Origin: Narcine bancroftii
Taxonomy: Eukaryota
Direction of reading: 5' to 3'
Length of the DNA: 64,000 nucleotides
Assembly (NCBI RefSeq): GCF_036971445.1
Contig: NC_091478.1
Coordinates: 23,250,001 to 23,314,000, forward strand
Shown: positions 32,700-45,100 of the stretch, in pieces
Layout: each line of letters opens with the position of its first letter
Numbering within the stretch: position 1 is the stretch's first letter
Translations under genes and position numbers: made by a program
The notes under the pieces: generated by a model
Told to the model about the DNA's origin: nothing
Database searches by the model: none
What the model saw: only the letters and a program-made list of their open reading frames with translations

Positions 32700-33830
32700 A
32701 AAGAGGGCAAATTACAGAATGTGGGATTGAGTGGACAAGTGTGAGGTATTGCACTTTTGGAGGATGAACCAGGGTCAGACTCGCATGGTCAACGATAGGG
32801 AACTGCGCAGTAAAACACAGGGATTTAAGAATGCAGATACATAATTCGCTCAAAGTGATGACACAGGCAGATAGGATCATAAAGGGAGCTTTTGGCACAT
32901 TGACCTTCATAAATCAAAGTATTGAGTCCTGGAGTTGGGATGATATGTGAGGTTGGATGGAATGGAATGGTGAAGATGGAATGGCGGAGTGGACTTGAAA
33001 GGCCGAATGTTCTCCTTCCACTCCTGTATCTTATGGTCTATATATAAGACATGGTGAGGCCAAATTTGGAGTACTGTGTGAGGTTTGGTCACGTAACTAC
33101 AGGAAAGATAGCAATAAGATTGAAAGAATGCAGAAAAAAATTTACAAGGATGTTGCTGGGACTTGAGGAACTGATGTACATGGAAAGGTTGAACAGGTTA
33201 GGACTTTATACCCTGGAGCATCGGAGAATGAGGGGAGACTTAATCAAGATATTCAAAATTATGAAGGGTATCGGTAGAATTTAAAAAAAATTTAGATATG
33301 CAGCACGATAACAGGCTGTTTCAGCCCACGAGTCCATGACGCCCAATTTATACCCAGTACGTTTCAAATGGTGGGAGGAAACCAAAGCTGCCAGCAAAAA
33401 CCCATGCAGACATGGGGAGAATGTACCAACTCCTTACAGACAGTGCGGGATTCAAACCCTAGTCCCAATTGCTGGCGCTGTAAAGACATTGCACTAACCA
33501 CTATGTCAACCATGCTGCCCTGCACAGGCTTTTCCCACTGAGGTTGGGTGAGACAAGAACTGAGGGCATGGGCTAAAGGGTGAAAGGTGAAATGTTTAAA
33601 AGGGAACATTATGGGGATATTTCTTCATGAGAGGACAGTGAGAGTGTGGAATGAGATGTCAGTGGTGGTGGTGGATAGGGGTTCACTTTCAAAATTTAAG
33701 AGAAGTTTGGAGGGGTATAAAGGGGTTTGGTCTGGGTGCAGGTCAGTGGGATTGAGCTGAATAAATATTTTGGTACAGACTAGATGGGCTGAAGGACTTG
33801 CTTTGTAGTGTAGAGCTCTGTGGTTCTATA
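32700..33830 (+). mobile_element. CR1-like LINE 3' portion interrupted by a SINE (33290-33520)
   Basis: VRPNLEYCVRF...LYTLEHRRMRGDLIKIFKIMKGI. Confidence 0.8.
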
Positions 33831-33849
33831 GGGTTTTTTTTTTGCACAA

Positions 33850-35175
33850 AAGCTGGGTTATTCCCTGCTCACGTTATGAAGCAAAAAGCCGAATTTACCT
33901 TTTATGTAGAGGGCGGATAAGGCAGATCGCATGCTCCTTTTATGCAGAGGAGATTCCCGAGCTGGCTTTTGAAGGTGCAGTAGCACTGCCCACCACCATG
34001 ACATGGAACATACACCCCTGGAAGAGAAAGCACTAACGGAGATCTGTTCAAGCAGCCTTAGAACTTGGGCAGTTCTTCTGTGCATCATAATCGCAGATGG
34101 GGGTCTAAGATTCACACTCTTGGGCCGCGGGCTGACGATGTCATCACATCATCATCAGCCCTCCCCTTTGGAGCCAGTTTCAACAGCAATCCTTTTACGC
34201 AGGAGGTGGAGCAACTTCAGTCCGCCTCTGAAGCTAAGCCTTTTTATTGTGGGGGGGAAAAAAGTGAATGTAAAGGCAGAGAATATCCACCTTTACATCA
34301 GTTAGCTTACCTTCATAAAAGCTCCACGGGCGGATTCAGCAGGCGAACTCCGATCCATCTGGAGAATCCACACAAGATCTCATAGTTGTAGGTGGAAAGC
34401 TCAATTCTCCACCTCAGTCTCTTGTCATTCTTAATTTTTCCCTGCTGTTTGAAATTGAATATAAAAGTGACTGCATGTTGGTCAATCAGCAGGGTGAATG
34501 GTTTTCTGGCCAGGTAATGCCTCCAATGGCGCACAGCTTCCACTATGGTTTGGGCCTCCTTGATGGCTGCGTGCCAGAGCTCAGGGCTCTGGAGGGTTCT
34601 GGAAAAAAAATACCATGGGCCTGCCTGCCTGTGGCAGCCAGGGTGAAGTCAGGTTCATCAATCTTCACTTGGAAGGGGATGGATTCATCTACAGCATGCA
34701 TTGTCCCTTGGCGATGTCACTCTTGATGTGTGTGAACGCCTTTCGGTCTTCTGCCGACGGGAGGAAAGTGGCCGATTTCACCAGGGGGCGGGCTTTGACG
34801 GCATAATAGGAAAAGAAGCCCAAGCATTACCCCAAGGATCTGGGGTAATGGGAGTTTCAACAGGGGCTGCATGTGGTCCAGGTCTGACCTGTTGATGCCA
34901 TTCTCCATCATGCAACCCAGGAAGTGCTAAAGACGCACTTTGTTTTGATCATAGATCAGATTGAGGCTTTTGGCCACCTGGAGAAACTTATTGGCGACAT
35001 GGTTCTGTTGGTCATGGCTGCAGATGGTCACATTGTCCAGGTAGGGAAATGTGTCCTTGAATCCATAGTTGTCGACTATGCCTTCCACCTCCCTCTGGAA
35101 GACAGAGTGACTCTGAAAGGGGCGCAGAGGAAGTGGTAGAGGCAATCTGCCTTGAAGGCAGTGTATCATTTGACA
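33850..35175 (-). mobile_element. Gypsy pol relic (RT-RNase H)
   Basis: DTFPYLDNVTICSHD; EAVRHWRHYLARKPFTLLIDQ...IKNDKRLRWRIELSTYNYEI. Confidence 0.85.
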
Positions 35176-35819
35176 TCTTCCCCTGCTTGTCTCCTGTGTG
35201 TTCAATATCCCCTTTGATTGTAACTCTTGTGTCCAGACTCGTCTCTCTGTGAACCCAATAACCTGATACTTTCCCAAACACAGCAGTGGTTCAGGGAGGA
35301 TCCGTGGAAGCATTTGTACTGTTAACTGTTTCTCTTTCCACAGATACTGCCTGATGTGATTGTTTTCAGCATTTTCTGTTTTCTTTTTCAGAAATCCAGT
35401 TTGTATTTGTTGTTGATTTCATTGTGCATTAATGGGGAGAAGTAACAATGTGAGCGCTGAATAATTTGTTCATTGATATAAATGCACTGAACACATACTG
35501 ATTGAGAAATATTTCATCAAATTGTTTTGTATTGCTTTGCAATTAAAGTTAGGAGTTCTGAAAAGCCTCGTTAACAACTTTACGAATGGACGTGTCGCCC
35601 ATTTTTGCTGGAGGTTTTTTACAGAGCAAAATGTAAATGTTGAAGACCCAACAGTCCCGAAGCAGGAGTTTGACCTGAAATGTTTACTGTCCATTCCCCC
35701 CCCCATGCTGCTTGACAATTGAGTTCCCCCAGGGGTTTGTTTGAGCTCAAAATGTGTAATTTTGCAGGATTCTTAGACTTTGTTTAATTTTTATAATGCA
35801 AAGGTTTCAAATTATCAGT

Positions 35820-36150
35820 CTGCTCGAGTTGGCACGTATAAACGAGTCTGCAGCAGACCTCTCTGCCCTGCAGTGGTGCGCGCCTGGCGGTTTTGAAACG
35901 CCGAGTTGCGGACGGGGTGGACTCGGCCACCGTAACGGCTTGGCCAAGATGGCGGCCATAGAGCCACCAGCTCGCTTCGGCCAGTCGGTGAAAGGTCTAC
36001 TGTCGGAAAAAGTCTCCACCTGCACCACGGATGTTATTGCGCTCACCAAGCAGATCCTGAAGGGTTCGCGCAGCTCTGAGGTACGGGCGGGCGAAATACC
36101 AAAACCGACAGGAAGTAACTCCCGGCGCCTGCCATTGAAGGGCCGGGCCT
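35820..36150 (+). promoter_or_regulatory. CpG-rich BORCS7 promoter/first exon with a YY1 motif over the start codon
   Basis: Local CpG enrichment; CAAGATGGCGGC at 35945-35956 matches the YY1 consensus. Confidence 0.65.
35949..36080 (+). CDS. BORCS7: BORCS7 exon 1
   Basis: 132 nt, MAAIEPPARFGQSVKGLLSEKV...KGSRSSE, donor gtacgg. Confidence 0.95.
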
Positions 36151-39100
36151 AGAGTTGGGGATTCAGCATCACCCCTCAGCTCTTGATGGATACTAATGGT
36201 TAACATGGTTCTTCTCAGCAAACGGTATAGACTCACAGAGTTGTACCACATGGAAACAAGCCCTTCAGACCAACTTATCCCTGCTGACCAAGTTCGCCCC
36301 GTTTTCCTACGTTGCCTCCCAAGCCTATTTTTTTTAATTGTCCTCCTCTGCTCCCTCGGTCCTAAATCCACTATCCGCTGTGATGAACTTGTGCCTCAGG
36401 TCCCATGTAAACATTTCCCCTCTCTCCTTAAACCTATGCCCTCTCGTTTTGTATTCCCCTACTTTGGGGTAACATTCACCAGAAGGCGTTCGATAAGGTG
36501 CCACATAAAGGACATACAGAAGATAAGGATGCATGCAGTTGGGGTGTGAAAGATTCTATTTTTAAGTCATCCAGAAATGACAATTATTAAGGAAAAACAT
36601 GTCTTTATTATTTTTATTAATACAGAATCCTCTTGCATTAAATCGGGTGTTAGAAAAATTCAGTCATGTTTATTGAAAGCATTATGTTCATTGGCTTTTC
36701 CAGACAGCTACATTAGCATTTATACTAACAGTTCGAGGCCACTTTAAAGTGCTCATTGTTAAAACAGGTTGACAGAAGTGTTAACAGCTTAAACGATCTG
36801 ACAGAGCCTGTTCTCCCATTCATAAACAGCTTTGTGGTCGGCCACAGCTGTTTCTCATTCATAAACGGGACTACTACTGAGGGCACCAGTGGCGGTATCT
36901 TTGCTTTGTATGCCTTAAAGAAAAGCTTACTTTGCTTTGTGTGTCTTAAAGATTCAATTAACTCTCCAGACTAATAATGAGCATTTGATGATTAAAACTT
37001 AAACCAAAAGGACACAGAGCACAGATATTTGATATGTATCGAAGGCAAAACCTAGATATTACCTATGCAGTATTAACTGTTAATGTGGGTAACTGTTTGA
37101 TGTCAGTGATTTACATTTCTTAAGAGACAAATGTTAACAAGGAACTGTAACAATATCTCAAAGGAATTCGAAGATGTATGTTTATCAACTTGTAAGAGAT
37201 GTGCTGCCAAAATATGCCATAAATACTGTACCATTTCACAATGATCTTTGAATTAGGTTCAATTTTGACTAAGGTGACATTGTCTACCTGAACTTGATAT
37301 TGCTTTCTCCTGCTAATGTAATTTAATAAACCTATATTGTATGCCGTGTATTTTCTGTCTTCACAGCATTGGTTAACAACACAGTAGTGATGTATCGAGG
37401 ATTGATTAACCAGTAAAAAGCAGAGAGTTGTGATACAAAGGTTTTTACTTGTTGGTAATCACTGATGATTGGGATGTCACAGGGGTCAGTGCTGGGCCCA
37501 CAACTGTTATGATGTGCATAAACGATCTGGAAGAGGGGACCGAGTGCAGAGTATCTTGGTTTGCTTATGGCAATAAATTGAGTGGAAAAGAAAATTGTTC
37601 AGAAGATATGGAGAATCTGCAGAGAGATAGATACCATAAATTTCTGCATATAAGACGACCATTGAAGCACCTAAAAACACACCAAAAAACAGGAGTCGTC
37701 TTTATAGGCCAGGTTAAAAAGAAGTGACCTTAAAATTCTACTCAAAGTACCACTTCATTGATTCCATAACCCACTCAGACCCCACCCTACAACAAATGTC
37801 TAAGATACTGAATCTAGGATTCAGGGGTAGGCAGGACGTGTTCATGCTGTGGTGATATTTCCTGGGCTGACACAGAATCTTGCAATAGATTGTTAGATTG
37901 ATCGACACATTGAGAAGAGGGTTGTATGTGACTAACAGATGGTTGGGACACGTTAGTGGTTTGAGGAAAGGAGGTAGTTAACTGCACCCTGGCTGAGGCA
38001 AGGTCACGGAGGGAGACAGTGTCTTCTCTTCCACCTGGATACATAATTTGTGTGGAGTAGCTGTACTCTTTCTACAAATGGGTCAGATTTGCTGTGTCTA
38101 ATTGTTTTCTCAGCAAAACTTGTCCCAGTTTAGATAGCCAGGCTGGCAAAGTTGTCCCAGTGTTCGATTTTCTAGGAAAAGTAAAAATACATTGGTGAGG
38201 GCTTTCATTAGTAGCCGTGGATAGTAAGGAGAAAATAGAGTGTAGCGCTTCTGGCAATACATTTTGCCAGTGGCTGGTGGGGTAACCTTTAGATTTCAGT
38301 GCAAGAGTGATAGTTTTTCAAATAGTGGCATTACCCCTCTATACTTGCCCATTACCACGTAGTGATACCTTTTGCCAGGAGGGCTTGGTCTTAGCTCAGT
38401 GCTCATAAAGGCAGATCTTCTATCACTATGAATAAAGTCAGGATAACCAAAAATACTCAAGATTTTATCAAGAGAGTGAATTACAGTTGAAGCTGACACA
38501 TCGGTACAGGGGATAGCGAAAGGAAAACATGAGAATTCGTCTATAACATTAAGGAAGTAGATATTTTTATTGTTAGATGGTAGTGGTCCTTTTAAATTTT
38601 ATACTGAGCCGCTCAAAATGTCTTGTGGATTTAATAAGGCTGGACTTGGAAGGTTTGTAGAACTGGGGTTTGCACTCTGCACAGACTACACATTCCTTAG
38701 TCATTTGCCTTGCATCTTCGAGTGAATACGGGAAGTTGAGAGACTTCACATAATTATTCAATCTTGTAACACCAGGATGACATAAATCTTCTTGAAGTTC
38801 TTTCAAGCGATCAGATTGTATATGAGCGCAGATCATACCAGATAGAGCATCGGGAGGATTGTTCAGCTTCCCTGGGCGATAGAGATTATCATAATCATAG
38901 GTAGAGAGTTCGATCTCCGGTGCATAATTTTATCGGGTGATGTGGATTTTAAAGGCACATTTGCCTCTGGAATCATGCTTTATGTTTCCTGTATGAAGTT
39001 TTAACCCTTTGTTTAAAAACTCCAGAGAGTTGTTAACTCGGCCTGCGACATCACGGGCACTAGTCTTTGCTCCATTGAGGACATCTAGAAGAGGTGGTGT

Positions 39101-42100
39101 CTTAAGAAAGCAGCCTTTATCCTTAAAAACCCCGCCACCCAGGCCATGCCCTCTTCACTCTGCCGTCAATGGGAAAAAGGAGCCTGAAGATGAGCACTCA
39201 GTGGCACAAGGACGGTTTCTTTCCCTCTGCCATCACATTCCTGAATGAACAATGAACCACCAACACTGCTTTACTGTGACTTTTTCTTGCACATTTTAAA
39301 ATTTATACTTGTAAAATGGTTTAAATAAATGTTTGCACTGTGACGCTGCCACAAAACAATGAATTTCTTGACAATAAATTTTGATTCTGATCTGATGTTT
39401 GGATTAGACCCACGATGAGGTCTGGGGTTGAGTGGTCCTGACATATTTGAGCAGGTTGTTGTAGTCCCTTGAAATTGAGGATTAGATTGTTTTGATTTTG
39501 TAATGAAAATGGCTGATGAGACCATAGTTGGAACCGCAGACTCTTCCATAGATGGCATAGGAAGCGCCTGATGGGGTGAGCACTCCTTTCCCCATCTTGA
39601 ATGCTCTTCTATCCTTTGAGCAGCTTGGACAAGAGGTTGCCAGAAGTCAGTGGGAATGTTGCAGTTTTTTTTGCACATCCACAATCTTTTTTGTCCAGTT
39701 GGTAATCTCTTCCTGTGGGGCTCAGGCCTGAAACATTGGTTACTCTTTGCTTTCTGTAGGTGCGGCATGGCCTGCTGAGTTTCTCCAGAACTTTTATCTA
39801 TTGAAACAAAAGTTGAAAAGACTGCTTCCCAAATGAAGAAGTAATAAGGCCCAAGGAGCAGGCATTACCTGCCCTGAAGTTCCAAAGTGGTGATGATAAC
39901 GAGTTTATTGTCATGCACATTGTATAATGTATATTTTCACTGAAATTCTTGCTTGCTGTAGCCAAACATGTCATCTTAAAAAAAAACTGCAATAGAATGC
40001 TGTATATAGTTATGTAATAGTCGATTTTCCTTCCCCCCCCCCCCCACCCCGCAACCCCACTTTTGTGCCCAAAAATTTGATGTGTTTTCTGTATGACCTG
40101 TGTAAACGATGACCCCCTATTTTTGGCCCTAGCTGTCCGCCCTTCCCTACATCCTAACCGCCCACCCACCAGGACTCTAGAGGTCCAGCCACTGCCCACC
40201 GGAGCTCCTGATGCCCAGCCTACCCACTGGAGCTCCCAATGCACCAGCCTTCCACCCATCGGAACTCTTGATGCCCAGACTGCGAACCCTCACCCCAGCC
40301 GTCCAACCACTGGAGCTCCTGATGCCCTGATTGTGGACCCTCACCCGGCTGTGTGCACACTGGAATTCCTGATGCCCAGGCTGTGAACCCATGCCCTGGC
40401 CTCCTGCCCATTGGAGCTCCTGATGCTCCAGCCACCTGCCCACTGGAGTTCCCAACACCCTGACCGAGGACCCTCACTCCAGCTGCCCGCCCACCAGAGC
40501 TCCCAATGCCCCAACCCCAGACCCTCACCCTGGCCACCTGCTCAGCAGAGCTGCCAACTCCCTGGCTACAGACTTTCTCCTTGGTCCCAGCCGCCCGCCT
40601 ATCCAAGCTCCCAATGCCCCGGATGCAGACTTGGCACCTGGTCCTGGCCATCCAAACTCACAATTCCTAAAATGACATAGGTAATACTTTTGACTGTGGT
40701 AAGTACCTATTTAAAAGTCAACCTGAAAAATTGGTCCAAAAATTCAACGATTACACAAATATATATGGTACATAATTGTATTAAAAAGCTAATAAATATT
40801 GTTATTTTTGTACAAAAAAAGTTACTTTGCAATAGTATAGACCGTCCTTTTATTGTGCCACCACAGTCCTTGTTTAGTGTAACAAGGAGAGGCTCTGGAC
40901 CATGATAGTTGTTGGGAAGTAATTGATCTTGAGCCTAGAGGTTCTGGTCTTCAAGCTTCTGTACCTGGAGTCATAACTCTATCTGAAGAGATAGAGTCAT
41001 GACTCCAAATCTCATTGTTCCCATCACAGAAACCAGAAGATCAATGCCACTTTTCAGGTGAGAAATCCTCTTTGCCCTCTTGATTCTGCATAGCATTTCA
41101 ATGAAAAATGATCTTTTATCATTGTCAAATCTTGTAATTTGAATAATCCCATCTACTTTTTTAAATAATTTAGATATGTAGCACAGGCCCTTTCAGCCCA
41201 TGAGCCTGTTCCACTCAATTACACCCGGTATGTTTTGAAAGGTGGGAGGAAACTGGAGTACCTGGAGGAAACCCACGGGGAGAACATACAAGCACCTTAC
41301 AGACAGCATGGGATTCGAACCTCTATGCTAACTGCGCCACCCACTTGTGCTTATTGCCATCACATTTTCCTGATGTACAATGTTTACGTAAGTAAAATTT
41401 GAACTGATTTTGCCGTTGCAGCTCCTTGGTCAGGCAGCAAGAAACATGGTGATGCAAGAGGACTCCATATTACACTCTGAGGATGTAAGTACTCCATTTA
41501 GAGCCATCGTATCTTTCAGGATAGAGCAGGCCCTTCACCCCAAATTTGTCCAGTGCTGGCAAAGTTGACATTCTGAGCTAGTCCCATTTGCCTGCGTTTG
41601 GTTCATATCCTTTCAAGCTCCTTTCACCATTCTACCATTGTGATAGTGACTGGATCATTTCTTGTGGTGCCTTTGGTTAGGGATAGCTATTGGCCAGATC
41701 ATTGGAGAGCATGCTGCAAATTGTTTTAAATAATTTAGTAATCAAAGGTTCTATACTTGCTCATTTCACTGTCCTACTGACATTTTCATGTCTTTGCTCT
41801 TCAGATTCACATTTTGATTTACTGTCAGAATACATACATGGCATCACATACAACCCTGAGATTCTTTTTGCTGCGGGTGAGGCAGAATTACCACTTAATG
41901 GCATTGCAAATAAAAAACTGTACTCAACATACACATGCAAAAAGAGGTGAAAAATCAATAAAGTGCACAAGTAAGAGTCCTTAAGTGAGTCCCTGGTTGA
42001 GTTTGTTGTTGAGGAGTCTGATGGTGGAGGGTAGCAACTATTCCTGAAACTGGTGGTGTGAATCTTGTGGCACTTATACCTCTTCCCTGATGGTAGCAGC

Positions 42101-45100
42101 AAGATCAGAGCGTGTGCTGGGTGGTGTGGATCCTTGATTGCCACTGCTCTCCAATGGCACTGTTCCCTGTTGATGTTCTTGTTGGTGGGGGGCGGTTTTA
42201 ATATTTCAAAGATATTGTTTTCATTATTTTTCTCCTTGTTTTGGGCAGAGCCTGCGGAAAATGTCAATTATAACAACACATCTTCAATACCAGTAAGTAT
42301 AACTCCTTTTATTCTTCTTGTCCTTCCTGTTTTTACACTTTCCCAGTGCAGAATTAAATTCCAAAACTAAGTCCAATGTAGGCCTCAGAAATAGGCACAG
42401 GTTATTTTTTTAATATTTAATTTTTGTTCTATTTGCAGTGTTGCAGAAACTTTAGAGCTGTATTGCTGGATCCTGGAAACCTGTATATTTGTGGGAAAGA
42501 GAACTTTAGGGAGAAAATTGCTATAAATTAGACAAACTTAAAATACAATTAATTATTATGTAATAAGCTATAAATTGGAGAAATTTATCAATGCAAGAAG
42601 TGAAAATGTTTTAACCAATAACGATGAGAAAAGAGAATCTGGAGCAACAAACAGTCTTGGAGGAACTGAGCAGGTCAAACAGCATCAGTGGGAGAAAAAG
42701 AATGGTGGACATTTCAAGCTAGAATCTTTCATCAAAAATCTTGAAGAAGGTTGAAAATCTTGGGGGGGAAAAAAGCACTGGTCAAGGTTGTGTAAGGTTT
42801 GCTAATTAACTGCGGTCAATTAAATGTGAAGTTTAAGTGGAGCAGCCACTATATGAGTGGCAGAGTGGGACTTGGAGTCTGGTTCGAGAGATTTCAGTCA
42901 AGGGACTGGCATGGGTTTGGCACTGATAGCAGTGCAGGGGAAGTGCAGCCGTTTTGATTTGGAGGCTGAAGTGAGGACAGATGGGGCATTTCCTTTTTCA
43001 ACAGCAGTGGAATTGGCAGCCAAAGCAATTCTGTTCTTCTCTTGTTGAGTTTGGGAAATCAGGGACACTGCAACCACACTGGATGAACTCTGGATCTTTT
43101 GGGAGGTTGAGGGGGTGAGGGACAGGACTTGCAGGGAAGCAGTCACACTTTGGAGCAAGAAACAGCTAACTGGATGACTTTCAGGTGAGGGAAAGGGAAG
43201 TTAGGTTATTAATGTTGTATTGTAATTATTTTATTTTATATTTTTTCTTTAAATGTAATTTTTCTTTTTATTCCTGTGATAAAATCTTTAAATAAAGTTT
43301 TAAAAAAAAAAGGTGAGGGAAAGGGAATAGGCAGTCAGTGCAGGGTCGCCTTGTGATCATTCCCCTAACTAACATGTATACTGTTTAGGATACTGTTGAG
43401 GGGGATGACCTACTGAGAAAATACCACAGTGGTCAAGTCTCAGAGAGGTATAGGAGAAAGGATGCGTGCTGTACTGATAGGTGCTTCACTAGTTAGGGGA
43501 ACAGGTAGGAGGTTCTGTGGAAGAGATCGCAACTCCAGCATGGTATGTTGCCAAACCGAGGAAACCTGCAAATTGGATGAACAATCAACCAGACAACATG
43601 AACATTGACTTCTCAAATTTCCGTTAACACCCCCCTCCCCAAGTCTCTCCCCCGGCCCTCTGTCTCCTTTCTTTCAGCTCCTCACCTCACCCCCTTCCCT
43701 ACCTTCCTATCAGATCTACCTTTGATCCTCTCCCCTGATTAGTTCTCACCTTTTTCCCCTTCTTCCTGTATCCACCTATGACCTGTTTCGTCGGGTTGTA
43801 CTTGTACAATTAGGTGACAATAAACTTGACTTGATTCCTGTTAGCCTGTGCTCCTTCTCCTTCCCCTACCCCTTCCTCTCTGATCTCCCCCTCCACCTTT
43901 TTATTCAGGTACTTGCCTCTTTTTGTTTACCCTGATGAGGGCCCAAGCCCAAAATGTTGGTTTCCCTTCCTATGGATGCTACATGACCTGTTGAGTTTCT
44001 CCAATATGCTTGTGTATTGCAATTGACCCCAGCATCTGCAGACTTTCTTATTTAGTAACATTGATGTTGATTCTTTTATTCTGAAGTTAAGAACTAGAGT
44101 GAAGTAGATTTTTCCAATATATGGAAGAATTGAAATTGTTTTGTCCTACAACACTTTGGCCCAACTTGTTCATGCCAACCAAGTTGTCTTCCCAAGTTAT
44201 AAACCATTTAATGAGTTTATTGTCGTACACTGAAATACCATGCACCAAAATGCTTACCTGTTGCAGCCACACAGATACGTAAGATGTACCATGACAAGAG
44301 CATACATTAAATTACCCCAATATAGAAAGAGAAAATAAATATTCACAGTACAGTTAGTGGAAGAAAAAAGTAGTGTTTCGGTAGCAATGGCAGATCTGTT
44401 TGTGGTCCCAGAGTAGTTTATGATTAGGGTAGTAAGAGGCCATTCAAGAACCTGATAGCCATTGGTTTAAAAACTGTTCTGCCCCATATCCCTTTAAACC
44501 TTTCCTATCCATGTACCTGTCTTAATCTGTATTGAGTATGGCAATGCAATGATTTATTCTATAAAGAAATGAGAAGACAATAATGTAAATTGTTTTTGTT
44601 AAATATTTATTTTCTGTCTGTGATTTAAAATATGCTACACCCTATTTTTTCTTCTTCTCTATTTTATAGACAGGAAGCTATACAGAAAAAGTAAGTATTT
44701 CCTACATTGACAATGGTGGGAACTCTATTCCACTTGCTGCTTTATGCCCCATGATTTTTATCATAGGTCTTGGGTCACTTCAGCAAACAAATGACGATCA
44801 GAGTTTGGAATCAAAGTTCAGATTTGGTGTCAGAGTACATGGGCAGCATGGTTGGTATAGTAGTCAGTGCAACACCTTTACAGCAGCAGGAATCAGGATC
44901 GGGTTCGAATTCCATGCTGTCTGTAAGGAATTTGTATGTTTTCCCCATGTCTGCGTGGGTTTTCCTCGCATGCTCTGGTTTCCTTCCACAATTCGAAACG
45001 TACCAGGGCTGTAGGTTAATTAGGTATAAATTGGGCAGCACAGACTTGTAGTCTGAAATGGCCCGTACCGTGCCGTATGTCTAAATTTAAATTTGAAGTA

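Noticed and set aside
35885-35898. CDE/CHR cell-cycle element (TGGCGG...TTTGAAA) in the BORCS7 promoter
   Set aside because: Spacing is 1 nt rather than the usual 4, and there is no other support.
35796-36152. Longer ORF from ATG 35796 as an N-terminally extended BORCS7
   Set aside because: Homology and Kozak/YY1 context start at ATG 35949; the upstream part is promoter-like and the downstream part is intron read-through.
39798-40680. Several overlapping ORFs of 89-153 aa, and a possible CRISPR-like array
   Set aside because: They come from a GC-rich degenerate minisatellite in a DNA transposon; there are no unique spacers or cas genes, and the context is vertebrate.
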